DNA of 64,000 nt from Ruditapes philippinarum (GCF_026571515.1 NW_026865718.1:124001-188000); one strand, 5' to 3'. Shown: positions 46,102 through 59,939, numbered from the stretch's first letter. Notes: a model not told the origin generated them from the sequence alone. Numbers and translations are program-made.

Positions 46102-49081
46102 GACTACATAAAAGGTATACACCTCTGTATATTGTATACAAATCAAACAAGACTAAATGAAATCAATTTGTGTGAATGGAAATAACTTATGGTTATTAGA
46201 TACACATCTATGTACAGCTTTTAGACATAAGTGAACATCAATTATTGTGATTAGACTAAGTTAGCGTTAAGTGTGGTTTCAGATATAAGAAAACGTTACG
46301 TTTATTTGACAAGGATGGACGTTTCGTATGGTTGTACCAGATACAAGTGAAAGTAACTCAGAATTATTTGACATAAATGATTATTGGACATAAATGAAAG
46401 TGAAATATGGTTTTCAGATATATGTCAGCGTAAATTATGGTCAACCTAACTTATGGTTGTAACTAGACATAAAGGAACTTTATTTATGGTAATTAGTCAC
46501 AGAGGACCATATCTTTTCAACAATCGTCTATCTCTGGCATTAATAACTCGGTTATTTTTATGTTAACATGATAATCTCTTCTTTTAAACAAGACACCATG
46601 CTTTAAGGTATTAAAATCAGTATTCTAACCACTGTACAAGCTCATCATGGTATATTATCTTGTCGTCTGCTAAAAAAGATCATGCAAATGATATCGATTC
46701 TTTTAACAATTTGCAGACGACAATACACTTGAAGCAGAAGATACGAATTTACGGATGTTATTCAGCAGACGAGCACATTACCAGACGACCTGTCACAGGG
46801 TGTCGTATAACATTTTAACAAAGACGTTTCGTAAATGCAATTAGATACGCTTCTGGCACCGTTTTAAATTATATAAATAATAAACTGGTACGTCTTTTCA
46901 GTCTTTGACAGGGTACGTCTGCCTACTAAGCATATTATCTTCAAACGACTAGAGGCTAAATCTATTCATTTTTGTAAAAGTAGTTCAGTTGAAGAGATGT
47001 GAGTTCATTTGACAATTTTAGTCGAATGCTTTTGAGATATTATGGTACAATACACATAACATATGGAATAACCCTCGTTTAAGTGTGACCTAATTATTGC
47101 GTGCGACGCGTCATCATGTCCATCACATTTATGTAAAAATATTTCAAAATACATATAGGAATGACAGATTTGTTGTCAAAAGATGAGCATCAAGGCGATT
47201 CTATAAACAAATAATTTTATTTTGGACTTAATAGTGTGACCTTGACATTTATGCTGGAATCCTTGTTTTTGCGCGCGACACATTGTCGTCTTGTCTGATA
47301 AATCATTATGTAGTTACCAAGAATGACAACTAGGTTGTTGATCGCACACGATCATCGATGCTCTTTTATGAAAAAAGGTCCTGACCTTTGACCTATAAAC
47401 CTAATAAAAAATATATCTAAAGTCTGAGTATAACCTTGACTTTTGCATTACAAACCTGGGTAAGTGTACATTAAAGGAAACAAGTATGGCATTTCAAAAA
47501 AAAATGCCAGGGATCGCCGTTCAGCCAGGCCGATGTTAAATATGCTTCCGCATATGAAAACATGGCGGATGATTTGTCCTGTCCATTATGCGCATCTTTT
47601 TGAAATTCTTTTGCGTCCATTTTATTATCATGTGGTATTAAACTTTATGTCTGATTGGCTTAGGGCAAGCGGTGTACGGGTAAAAATTGTAAAATCTTGT
47701 TAATTGTAAATGTGGCCAGCAACGGCGACAACAAGCTTAAGATATACAAAGCTTTTGAAAAAAAAATCAGGAAAACCACATTCCCCTCCCCCTTTTCTTT
47801 CTTCACGATATACCTAATTGTTCGTCGGAAGGAGATTTAGGAATCGATGACAGATCAAACAACACCAAGTCTTATTACAGAGTTTCACAATGGGTGTATA
47901 TAATGATATACGTTAATTTGCGAACAAATCGATCCGCATCATGGAAACAGATGTCGCGGTGTACGTATATGAACGTAGTAAGTATCATTTGTATTAATAA
48001 TTATTGATGTTATTTACAGAAAGGCATGTTGACCATTTCTTCTGTAATTGCATATAACTGGCAGCAATTTCGAAGATAATTCCCCTCTATTAGAAACGGC
48101 ATATTTAAATGACATGATATACATGCGCAAGAAAGTATGGCAATTCAATTACGAAAAAAGCCCCCATTACGCAGCACAATAGTAGCAGGTCGTGCATAAT
48201 AAGACCATCGATGTTATGGTAATGTGTATATTAATGTCGACCTTTTTGACGAAATGGGTGCCATCGTTTTTATCTAACAATATCGCAATTCGCATTGTCG
48301 TTTTAAAAAGACATGTCGTCAATAATTTTGATATATGCATATGTTACGAACGGATTGCTCATAATGATCTTTAAGGGAGATTTTTTTTATTGTACCCTAA
48401 CCATATCTTTGGCGATGGTTGGCCAGCACAAAACTGTTCCTCTTTTCTTCAACAATGACCATAACTTTAATACTTTTGATATTATTCATTTTGATATTTT
48501 TCATTTTTAACGAACAGGCTACTTACTTCACTTAAATGCCCTACAGACATAAACAATGTAAAAAAAATGTAACACATGTAGCATGTCTGTACAAGAGGAT
48601 GAATACCACTTTAAAATCGTTAAAAACAATACTAGATCATTATGTCGTGCTAGTCAATACGTAACCCGAAGAGCTAATTAATTGATTGATTAATTTATTT
48701 ATCGAACACGCCTTATTTCTCTACGTTGTCTGTTACGCTGATTGATTGAAAAGATACTGAATGCAAATATTAATGCAACAATAAATGTAATAGTAGTGTT
48801 ACATTATTGACAACTGTCATGAAAATTGAAATCAGTTAATTTGATAAAGAGATAATGTTACAAGTTACGACCACTGTGCCAGTGGCTGGTTGCCAGACGC
48901 TTGCATAATGGTAAATTAATCTTCTCAATGAACTAGAAAAAAAATTGCAATAACTTCAAGCTACTGACTACATTAGATAATTCAGAATTCGAAAGCGTGT
49001 TTATAGGGATAACGTATTTAAAAGCACCGCATAGTTTTTAAACAACCATATGAAATAAAGACAAACTCCCTACAAACACAC

Positions 49082-49301
49082 TAAGGTGTCCCGTTAGAAC
49101 CATCGCGACACACACACATACGACACACCATCGTGTTTTCGTTATTTCTACTCTTCACCATCGTACTTTCGGCTTTTCATCATCTTACCTTCGACTTTTC
49201 ACCATCATGGTATTGTGTTTTCGACTTTTAACCATCGTGTCTTTATGTTTTCGTTGTTTCTAGTTATGTGTGTGTAGCGTTGGCCCTAACGGGACACCGT
49301 A
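49082..49301. mobile_element. Small MITE with internal caccatcg..ttttcg repeats
   Basis: TIR ggtgtcccgttag / ctaacgggacacc with TA ends. Confidence 0.7.
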
Positions 49302-51989
49302 ATGCACAGAAGCCAAACAATACAAATGTACCGCGTAAGGGGTTCGAACTTGCCATGTTTAAGCTATAAAAACAGCCACGGTCGTCCCTTGAAAAAAAGA
49401 ATGATTATTATCAAGAAACTTTACCAGTAAGTTGTCCGTATTAAAGTATGTACTGGTCGTCGCTATAACACGGCGAAATGAGGACCATATTTATCAAAAC
49501 ACTTTCCCTACTAAAGCAACGCCATTAAGGATTTTAACTCTTTTTTTTCATCAACCAGAGTGCATACATCTCAAATATCACCAGGAAACGTAAAATAGAG
49601 CGAAAAAGAAAAAAAACTAAAAAAATGTCAAGAAATCTCTCTGCAAGTTTCTTTGATTAAATGACCCTGTTGTTTTTTTCTGGCAGTTTGCCGCCAATGT
49701 CTATCACAATATAAAGTGGTGCACGAAATGTTATTGTCCGGTTCTTGAGATTCGTAGCTTATCATTTTTTCCTCGTACGGTACAGATAAAAAAAAAGTCG
49801 GACGTATCATTACATTAGATAATTTATCATTTTTCCATAAATATCATTTAACAATTTTGTGAAGTTGGCGGCCTAGCGACGTGAAGTTGGCGGCCTTAGC
49901 GGCGTGTAGTTTGCGGCATAGCGGTGTGATTTTGGCTTACGTTTTTAACACTAACAGATACCGGAAGGTATGGCAAATCTTTACACTAACCAAAACGTTG
50001 CTTTCATTTTGGGATCATTTTACAGCCGTTTTTTTTTAATCAGTTTTCGATTCATTGCATGACATTTTTATGCAGCTAAGTTATTATTTTTGACAAAACC
50101 CTTAATAAAATTAAGTCGAATTTGAAGACATCTTTCAATCTGGTTTAGTACAGAAATATCAATGCTAGTAAAAAGGTAATATTCCGCTACATTTCCCATC
50201 AAACAAGTTTAAATTATCAAGTAAATTATAGTTATATTATAGACCCCAAACTCATCATAACATTCTCTATCTAAATTACGTGTCTAAACAATGGAATTAG
50301 TGAAGTAGGAGGAGAAAAAACAATGTTACGTAATATATTTTCTCGACAATACTGATCTTCTGTTTACGATGAGAGAGGCTTTTTTTCTTGTATAAAACTA
50401 ATGAAAAAACAGAGAGGCGATTGATTGATTGATGTATATCTTCACATGGGAAGGAAGTATATTTTGATATTTCATTATTTTCTACAGAGATTTACGACGT
50501 ATATTTACACCAGTAAGGTTAGTTTGTTCTATAGTAATCAGTAATCGGTAATAAAACGAAATAACCGAATAAAGCAAAATTAGTTCTATGATTGATGAAT
50601 TATATGTAATAGTTGGGGGAATACATATTCAAAAGGACAACCTTTCTGTCGGCGAAACTCTGATATATGCAGAATGAAAGTGGATAGTGGTCCCCTTGGA
50701 TGTTTCAAAGATTTTCACATCATTTTAGTCGAAATGAGTCAGAAAGTTTTAGAACAAAACATTTGCAAGATTGATTTCCAAATTTACTTACATTGAATAT
50801 TCATGAAATAAAAACATTGTCCGTCAAGCGATAATTTTTTTTTTTACCAAATCAATCAATGATTTTATTTTCAAAGACGATCAATATAAAATGTATCATG
50901 TTTTTCTTTAAACAAGCTGCGTTGTGCTTTTGAAAAAAGTCATGACCCTTTTTCACAGTTAATTGCATTAAAACTTTTATTGACATACTATTAATTGTCG
51001 TATATAATCAGTATTATCATGCCATTTGACACCATAATTTGGTATAGACATGTAAAAACTAGAAAATATCATTATGTACTAACAGCAAGTCTGAATTTAT
51101 GTTAATTTGTAAAATGTACATTGTATTATTCAAAAGATAAGAGTGTAACAATTAAGTGAAAATACTTATGTTGTAGCTAAAACTTTAGGTTAAACATAGA
51201 CTTTTCAAGTACATGTATTAAATTATTAATTTGCATGTCTGACTAATTTTCAAAATGTCTTCATTTCATCCTTTGTAAGTCACGTATGTTTATAGCATTT
51301 ATTGTAAAGTCCTCATATTTGCATGCTAACATGTATTGAGAGAAGTAAAGATTATCATGATATGTTGAACAAGACCTATATGCATTGACCAACCTATTTC
51401 CTCACCCCCATCCCCCACCGTCAACGAAGAATACAGGTTGACAAGTTTAGTACTTTTTAATATACTTTTCCCTTTACATGACACTTTAACAATCTTCTTT
51501 CACTACGTTGTCATTAAATTTAATAGTTTATTATAATAGATACCCGGAGCGTTTTTTTAAACCATGATACGTTACAAACGCCACGCTGAATTTAACACAT
51601 GGAATGCAACCTTAAGGGGGTATACGAGGATAAAAACATACTTTTGATAAACACACATTTATCTTTTTGCGGCTTTTTTATTTGAAGGAAATAAAAAAAA
51701 GAAAACATTAATGACCTATATATAAACTATGATCTTGTTACTTTACAATACTAAAGAGAGTGAATCATCCAAACTTCTGCAGGGTGACCTTGAACCTTTA
51801 AACATTGTGTAGAGTAGTGGCCCAGAAGTAGAACACGCACATTGGGTTTGAGAGGTCTCCGGTGCGAGTCGCATCAGGGATACTGCAAATTCCCCGAGCA
51901 TGAAAATTAACTCTACAGTGCTACACTTTACTAAAAAAGTTTACTTAAGGTGATTATTGGTACATGAAAGGGCAGGATAATTCCGTGGA

Positions 51990-52570
51990 TGGCTATAATA
52001 AGGGCTGCCTTGTGAACTAATATTAAATGGGCTGCCATGGCGTGGGTGGTCCTAATATGAGCTGCCATACTGTGGGCTGACATAACGTGGGCTACCCAAA
52101 TTAGGACGGCCATAGTGTGTGCTAATATTATATGGGTTGCCATAACGTAGGTTGCCATAAGGGCTGCCATACTGTGGACTGCCATAAGGTTCGGTTCCAT
52201 AAGGTAGGCTGCCAAAATAAGGGTGGCAATAATGCGGGCTTATATTAGATGGGCTGCCCTGACGTGGGTTGCCATATGGGCTGCCATAATGTGGGCTTCC
52301 ATGACGTGGGTGCCGTACTGTGGGCTGCCATGACGTGGATGCCATTATGTGGGCTGCCATGACGTGGGTGCCGTACTGTGGGCTGCCATGACGTGGATGC
52401 CATTATGTGGGCTGCCATGACGTGTGTGCCGTACTGTGGGCTTCCATACTGTGGGATGCCATGATATGGGCTTGCCATGATGTAGGCTGCCATTAAATGT
52501 GCTGCCATAAAATGGACTGCCATAATGTGGGCCGCCATAAAGTTGACTGTCATAAAATTGTCAGCCATTT
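51990..52570. repeat. GC-rich minisatellite, 14-17-bp units (tgtgggctgccatgacg)
   Basis: Tandem units of variable length. Confidence 0.85.
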
Positions 52571-53259
52571 TATGGAAAGAAAGGTGGATTCAAGTGCCTT
52601 AATGGCCAGGGATAAATGTAGTAAAGTCGGTAAAGTTTTTCATGCGCATTAAACTAAAATTTATAAATTGCAATTTGACAGAGTGTATGTGATATGGCTA
52701 GAAAAATATGATGCTTCTGATGCGATCAAAAAGATGTACTACATGCATATCCAATAAACGTATAGAATAACACACACAGTTCACTAGAACGAACGTGAAC
52801 AGACTAGGTCAATTGTAAAATATTCAAATAACAATCGATCTAATAAATAACTCTCTCGCGATTATTTTTCTCTATCAAAAGCCTGCTAACGTTCACTGAG
52901 CATAACAGTATTTCAGTAGATGTCTATTTTTTTGTCTAAATAGCGCTTACAAGTGTTAAATTTCGGAACAGTTTAAGAAACCAATGCATCGTTACTATAT
53001 AATTATAATATAATTGTTTAACAATTTATTTATTGACTACCTCAGTGAAATTCAGTAAATGTAGACATTGCAAGAGTTTTATATTTCAAAAATGTGAAAA
53101 AAAGTTTTGAGCCAGCGTGATTCTCATTTAGTTTCTTGTTGTTGTTGTTGTTATTATTTATATGTTTAGCAAACGCGTTATGAAATATCATAACTTTTGT
53201 TCATTAATCCGCAATTATGAGAAAGAACAAACGCACGAACTCGCTTACATTAATTTATT

Positions 53260-53535
53260 AATCAATCAATCAATCAATCAATCAATGAATCAATCATTCA
53301 ATCAATCCCATACCATCCTATCTGTCCTCAATCCATGAAACAGTCTCCTTTTCTGAACTTTTATCTTGTTCATTATTTCTTCCGTCCGCTCGACCATTTG
53401 ACATTTGTCATACACTCATTCGTTTTCTTCACCCCCCCCCCCCCCCCCCTCTCTCCATTCATTCATTCGTTCATTCATTCATTCTCCCTCCCTACCTCCA
53501 TTCATTCATTCATTCGTTCATTCATTCATTCATTA
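53260..53535. repeat. (TCAA)n and (ATTC)n microsatellites with a poly-C run
   Basis: Directly visible. Confidence 0.85.
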
Positions 53536-54820
53536 GTTAGTTCTTTGAAGAAACCTTTAAGAAGAACTGTCAAAGCATTTAATTCATAAAATTTCGAGTG
53601 AGTTTTCTCTAAATCCAGATTAGATAATCTTTCTATGAATCAAGCAGTAATTACAGAAAATTATCATGAAACAAGTGTCAAAAATACAAAAGGATTAAAA
53701 GACGATAAAGCTATTATCCTTAAAGATTAAGTTAATACTTAATACTAAAAGACGAAAGAAGCAGTGACGCATTTAGTACCTGAAAATGGCTCTATCTGTA
53801 ATTCCGGGTCACCTAGGAAACGGTTTCATATTTTCATCAAACCTGCAAATAGAACAAAATCAATTTTAAAACCTGCATGTGCAGTTTGAACCACTGGAAA
53901 ATTGTATGAATATATATGATTAGATGAATATAGCAAGATCTGTTCCAAAATGTGAAAAGGTGCCACCTTTTATTGACGTCTGATGTTACAAAAGTGCGAA
54001 AAGTGTCATCATTTACACTCTTTGATGCTACAAAATTTAGATGCTTTTGCTTACGTCACTGAAAATTTGTTTACTTCGATTCAATCAAAACATCCATGTA
54101 AGTACATGTACATGTACATGTATATATCAAAATGCGTAGTATAAAAAACATGAAATATAAAACCGAAAAGATGTTATGTTATGTAAAGGATAAAACAGGC
54201 ATTAAATAGTTTACATAATAAAAGTCAAATTTAGCATGTATCAAATTGCCATGGAAAATATTACGATGCATAAATATAAAAATTGAGACAAACAATCAGG
54301 AAATAAACCTCATCTCACGTGCATCTCACGTGTTTCTCACGTGCTTCTCGCGTGCATAAAAAGGGCTTATTATAAGTCCATCTTCACAAAAAATATCATT
54401 ATTAAAGAGATATTTGAAGTAAAAACAAAGGACCTGATAGATCATTTAGATATCGCCAGTCGCAAATATCCAGTTAAAATGTCCTCTTTTTTTAGTTGTA
54501 GAGTTTTTACATATACTCCATCTTTAGTAACAACTTCGCCTTTGGAGGAGAGTTTTCAACACACCAAAGAAATTGATAAAATAAAAGAAATATTTTTGTG
54601 AGGTCTTCTGGGGTGTTTTTAATTCATACCTTTTAGTTGTTTTTGTTTTTTCTTTTTTCTTCAGTGGTATGCTCATAGCAAAGTGCGAAGAGCAAGCACC
54701 CTGCTTTTACGAATGAAGGTAGATATAATTTATTTACGGGTGCATTTTCCTTTTAATATAATATTAAAATAAATTGAAAAATAGAATCGTCCATGACCTT
54801 CTCAAAAGCTTCCAGTTAAT

Positions 54821-55031
54821 TATAAATATAATATAATATCAAGTCTCGTCTTAGATATATTTTTATCTGGGAGGGGAAGTAACTCCTTTACCTTTAAAGG
54901 GTAAAAATTTGATATTCATTAACCGGTTTTAATAATATGACGGTTCGATAAGTTTATGTGTCACTCACGACTAGACATTTCTGGAAACTCAGGGGGAAGG
55001 TCAAAAATTTTTTTCCCTCAGTTTTTAAATT
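54821..55031 (+). repeat. Split direct repeat A1 of Ngaro element
   Basis: Matches 60918-61119 (atatcaagtctcgtc...ctgggaggggaagtaactcc...ctagacatttctggaaactcaggg...cctcagtttttaaatt) with small indels. Confidence 0.9.
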
Positions 55032-55619
55032 TCTTTAAAGTTAATTACACGTTTCTTTTATTGTCTTATTCGGGTATTAATTACTTTAGAATATCTTGAA
55101 CGTTACGTTGCCCGAATTATTTCCAGTAATTTTTCTTCTTTTATCGCTAAATTGCTATTTATTCTCATTTTCCCGTCGAAGCACGTGGGGTAGAACTAGA
55201 AGTGGCAATGCCATGGCGTGGCGGCCATATTTCACTGTTTAAGTGCACCGTATTATAATAACATATATTTTATAAATCTTATCAACAAATTTATTCGAAT
55301 GAAAGTAAATGCTAGTAACTAAAGGAATTTTTATAGAATTCATTAAAATCCACAGACCACGTGGTGTCTTAGCAGTGCAAGCCACATAATACACATTTTT
55401 ATAATATTCATAGATTTAGTTCAAAACCGTTCTTAAAATTTCAACATTAATTATTGATAAAAGAATTGATAAAATAATTTACTTATAAATGAATGAATTT
55501 GAATAATATGAATGAAATTAAGAATTATTGCAATAAATAAGATGTTGCTACATTTATTAAATTTGCTGAACATTCCACTTTTAATTTCTGTTTTAATTTA
55601 TTTTACATATACGGCCGAT

Positions 55620-56864
55620 ATGCCTCGTCCGAAAAGGAAACTTCCACTTGCTGGACAAGTTGATCAACGTCGTCAAAGGAGGAGGGCAGCTGCAGCTTCC
55701 CCCCCTTTTTCTGGGCCTAATGTTCCTGCTCCACTTACTAATTATACACCTCATCCGCTGGCAAGTAGTGTACCTGCTCCATTATACTCTAGTGGGAATC
55801 AACATTTTCAGTGTGCGGTACCTCCTCCACCAGTTCATGGCTCTGTTGCATCATATGCAACTGCAAGTAGAAACCAAGACTTTCAGTTTCCTCCACCTGG
55901 CTTTCCTGCTCCACAAATTAATTATACATCTGGTCCGCTGGCAAGTAGTGTACCTGCTCCATTATACTCTAATGGGAATCAGCAATTTCAGTGTGCGGTA
56001 CCTCCTCCCACAGCTCATGGCTCTGTTGTTTCATATGCAACAGCAAGTAGAAACCAAGACTTCCAGTTTCCTCCACCTGGTCCTAGTGTTCTTCAACCAC
56101 ACCCTGATGTTTTGGATCAGCCTCCAGTTATGGCAACACCTGCTGATCATAGTTTAGGTAACCTTTTTCCTTTACATTCTGTTTGTACCAATATGTGTAT
56201 GCATATTTCACAAAAAATTAAAGAGCAAGTCTGGTCAGGTGAATATATTGATTTAGGATTACTGTTACAAAAAGAACCATTACCAGAGGCTCAGTCTATT
56301 AAAGTTTTAAATGGCAATATTGTATTAGACAGTAGTCCAAAAATACATGAAATGAAGAACATAAGTTCATGGACTGACGCATTTTTAATATATATTCAAA
56401 TAGTTATTATGAAAAGTCCCTCTCTTGCCTCGGAGTTAATACAGTACATGCACATGGTCCGCCTAGCTGCAAAACGTAATTCATTTGGCTGGCTGTATTA
56501 TGATAAAGCTTTTCGACAGAAAAAATCTATGCATGCCGATATGAAATGGTCCTCTATTGATGGCGAACTTTGGTTGCTTACAATGACTGGTACTTCACAT
56601 GTTAGACAGCCTCAAAACCAGTTATATAAATATAACTTATGTTTATTCTTTAATAATAAAGGCTTTTGTACAAAGTCTGGATGCCCTTATCAGCATCTCT
56701 GCAAAAATTGCAGAGGTCCCCATTCAGCTATTTCATGTGGGATTCGAACCTCAACTTCTATGCAAAATCCGTTAAATAATTTCAGGCCTAGAGTCGTTAA
56801 ACCACAAGGCCCAAGATTTAGTGCTCCTCGAGCGTTTGTTGGAGTTAGGTACATCACCAATTGA
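55620..56864 (+). CDS. Gag-like ORF1 of Ngaro element (Pro-rich N-terminus, C-terminal CCCH/CCHC zinc fingers)
   Basis: Likely start MPRPKRK at 55620. WTDAFLIY, GWLYYDKAFRQK and CLFFNNKGFC..CPYQHLCKNCRGPH..C are typical of YR-retroelement ORF1. Confidence 0.85.
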   Translation: MPRPKRKLPLAGQVDQRRQRRRAAAASPPFSGPNVPAPLTNYTPHPLASSVPAPLYSSGNQHFQCAVPPPPVHGSVASYATASRNQDFQFPPPGFPAPQINYTSGPLASSVPAPLYSNGNQQFQCAVPPPTAHGSVVSYATASRNQDFQFPPPGPSVLQPHPDVLDQPPVMATPADHSLGNLFPLHSVCTNMCMHISQKIKEQVWSGEYIDLGLLLQKEPLPEAQSIKVLNGNIVLDSSPKIHEMKNISSWTDAFLIYIQIVIMKSPSLASELIQYMHMVRLAAKRNSFGWLYYDKAFRQKKSMHADMKWSSIDGELWLLTMTGTSHVRQPQNQLYKYNLCLFFNNKGFCTKSGCPYQHLCKNCRGPHSAISCGIRTSTSMQNPLNNFRPRVVKPQGPRFSAPRAFVGVRYITN

Positions 56865-58456
56865 CATAAAACGTTTAAAGATATGGTTAAAGGGTTATGA
56901 GGTTGCTGAACAAAATTATCTTTTGAATGGTTTTAGAAAAGGATTTGGACTCCAGTACTCTAGCCAACAGATTAGTTATGAATCAAAAAACTTAAAATCT
57001 GCCATTTTAAATCCAAAGGTATTAGAGGTAAAATTAATTAAAGAAGTTGAACTGGGTCGGATTTTAGGCCCATTTAATGAAAAACCATTTTCTAATTTAA
57101 GAGTCAATCCTCTGGGATTAGTCCCCAAAAAATCAGGGGGTTGGAGATTGATTACTAACCTGTCTCATCCTATAGGAAATGGAGTTAATGATTTTATTGA
57201 TTCAAAGTATTGTTCAGTTCATTACTCCAAGTTTGACAATGTTATTGAAAAAATTCAAATATTGGGTAAAGGGACTGAACTTGGTAAACAAGATATTTCT
57301 TCTGCCTTTAACCTGTGTCCAATTAGGCCAGAAGATTTCCCACTGTTGGGGATCAAATATAAAAACAGATACTGGATACAAAAAATGCTGCCTCAAGGTG
57401 CATCAATAAGTTGTGCAATATTTGAACGTTTTTCTTCCTTTATCCAGTGGGCAGTTTCAAATTATACAAAATCTTCTAACATTGATCATTATCTAGATGA
57501 TTTTATTTTTTTGGGTAAATCTGGAACTAAAGATTGTTCTAAGTTGATGTCGGATTTTAAACATATCTGTGATGACATGAACATTCCACTAAATCCGGAT
57601 AAGTCTGAGGGTCCAGTTTACTGTCCTTACCTATTTAGGTTTTGTACTTGATACAGACAAATTGGAAGTCCGTATTCCATCGGAAAAAATAGAGAAGGCT
57701 AAAGATTGTATTAATGAAATTATTCATAAGAAAAAGGTCAGGCTAAACAAATTCCAGTCTGTTGTTGGTCTTTTAAATTTCTTTACAAGAGTGATTCCTT
57801 CAGGGCGAACATTTAATTGTGGTTTATACAGAGCAATGTCTCGGGCTAAACGCCCAAATCATTTCATTCGAATTTCTTCCTCAAACAAAGAGGATTTAAT
57901 GATGTGGCTTCATTTTTTAGAGCATTATAATGGTATATCTGTTTTCAGCAACCTTGATTGGGTGTCAGATAATAAGCTCCATTTATATACTGACTCTGCT
58001 GGAAATAGAAATTTGGCCTGTGGAGCATATTTAGATGGAGAATGGTCAGTTTTTAAATCGCCAGAGTGCTGGGGTGATGAAATTTTCAAAGACATAACCT
58101 TTTTAGAATTAATCCCAATTGTTTTGTCATTTTATTTGTGGGATTCCAAATTAAAAGGGAAAAAAATCATTATTCATACAGACAATCAAAGTCTTGTCCA
58201 AATTATTAACAATAAATCTTCACGCAACAATCGTGTAATGATATTAATGAGACAGTTGGTTCTTAAATTGTTGCTGCAAAACATTCAGATTAAAGCAGTT
58301 CATATCGAGTCAAAAGAAAATGGTATTTGTGATGCCATCAGTCGTCTGCAATATTCACGATTACTATCTTTATTGCCACATAATGCATGTAAAGTTCCAC
58401 TTTCAATTCCACAGGACTTCCAGCATTTTTGTGCAGCGAAATTGACCATCTTGTAG
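56821..58456 (+). CDS. Reverse transcriptase-RNase H of Ngaro element, split by a +1 frameshift at about 57617-57619
   Basis: PLGLVPKK..WRLITNLSHP, KQDISSAF, LPQG, HYLDDF; RNase H LYTDSA, ITFLELIPI, HTDNQS, NGICDAISR. Removing one T from gtttac restores EGPVTVLTYLGFVLDT. Confidence 0.92.
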
Positions 58457-59292
58457 ATCAGTCTTTGTCTGCCAATACGCATAGAACTTACTGTTCTGCA
58501 CTTCAAACCTTTGACAAATTCAGATGTTCACAGTTTAATAATAAAAGTTGGCCCCCGCCATTATTTCATATTACTCATTATATAGCTTATATGTCATTAA
58601 GCGGTTATGCATACAAAACTGTTAATTGTCATATATCTGCAATCAGTTTCATAAACAAATTGTATAATTTGACAGATAACACTCAATGTTTTTTAGTCCG
58701 CAAACTTCTTGATGGTATGAATAGGTCTCAAAGGCGTAGGGACACTAGACAGCCAGTTACCATTAATTTGCTACATCTTCTGGTTCACAACCTCAAATTT
58801 GTCTGCTTGTCCCATTATGAATCCATTTTATTTACAGCGGCATTTATGGTTGCATTTTATGCTCTCTTGAGAGTGAGTGAAATTAACATTATTAGTAAAG
58901 AAGATGTATATTTATCTGATTCACACTTGTGTCTTAATATCAGACATTCAAAGACTGATCAATTACATAGAGGTTCCATAGTGAAAATTCCTTTAGATAG
59001 AAATTTGTCCGGCCATCTCAAGGAAGTAATCCTTCATTATATGGCAGTGCGTCCCACCTCTGGCTACCAATTCCTCTCCCATTTAGATGGTTCACCACTT
59101 ATGCCTTACCAATTTAGGTCTGTTTTAGCAAAAACCTTAAAATATTCAGGTATAGACTGTTCTAGACTCAAAAGTCATTCCTTTCGAATTGGTGGTGCTA
59201 CTTACTGGATTATGCAAGGCTTTTCAGAAGATGAAGTAAAAAAAATGGGCAGATGGAGCTCAAACTCGTATAAGCTCTATGTGAGGCCATAG
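58429..59292 (+). CDS. Tyrosine recombinase of Ngaro element
   Basis: Catalytic set: LLRVSE (R), HSKTDQ (K), HSFRIGGAT (HxxR), MGRW, YKLYVR (Y). Confidence 0.95.
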   Translation: MCSEIDHLVDQSLSANTHRTYCSALQTFDKFRCSQFNNKSWPPPLFHITHYIAYMSLSGYAYKTVNCHISAISFINKLYNLTDNTQCFLVRKLLDGMNRSQRRRDTRQPVTINLLHLLVHNLKFVCLSHYESILFTAAFMVAFYALLRVSEINIISKEDVYLSDSHLCLNIRHSKTDQLHRGSIVKIPLDRNLSGHLKEVILHYMAVRPTSGYQFLSHLDGSPLMPYQFRSVLAKTLKYSGIDCSRLKSHSFRIGGATYWIMQGFSEDEVKKMGRWSSNSYKLYVRP

Positions 59293-59337
59293 TATAGTTA
59301 GTCCATGTTATCATTCTTTTGCATTTTTCCATATTAG

Positions 59338-59939
59338 GTGAACAGTCCAGCCATTCAGTTTGGTTGGTTGGCTCCTCAATTTTAAGAGATGCTCATCAGT
59401 ATGCAAAGTGTAACAGTACATTTGGTGAACATTTACAATTTAATACAATTGGTGTAAACGTTGTTTGGCGCTATAGACCAGGCTTAAAAATTCAGCACCT
59501 TTATAATGATATTCAGTTATTAGCCACTGAGCATAATTCTGTGCCAGATATTTTGTTTATTCATTGTGGAGGAAATGATTTGGGTCAAACCAGTCTTTCC
59601 TACATTAATTATTCTTTAAAGGCGTGTCTTGCAGATTTATTACATTTATTACCAGGTACGAGAATCATTTGGTCTGCTATTCTTCCTAGGCTCCATTATC
59701 GAAATGAAGAAAATCATTTCAAGTTAAATAAAGGAAGAAAACGTATCAATAGCACCATGGCAAAATTTTGCATATCAAATGGTGGTGGCTACATACATTA
59801 CCCAAGAATTGTTGAAAATCAACTATTTTTCAGAGATTTAGTACATTTATCTTCCTTTGGTAACTCCATATTTGTGGACAGTATAATGAATGGACTGTGG
59901 TCAATTCTAAATTGTGAACTAGTATCGTATCCATGTTAG
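59338..59939 (+). CDS. SGNH/GDSL-type hydrolase of Ngaro element (no own start ATG; begins at a splice acceptor)
   Basis: Block I VWLVGSS, block III HCGGNDL, block V DLVHL. Preceded by a polypyrimidine tract and TAG ending at 59337. Confidence 0.85.

Noticed and set aside
51931-52568. YGSP/MAAHI-repeat ORFs as a Gly/Tyr-rich shell or adhesive protein
   Set aside because: Unit lengths vary (14-17 bp), so frames switch repeatedly. There is no signal peptide or clear splice context, so a non-coding minisatellite is the better explanation.
55512-55619. N-terminal hydrophobic extension of gag in the ORF track
   Set aside because: Very AT-rich and intron- or UTR-like; MPRPKRK at 55620 is the more plausible start.
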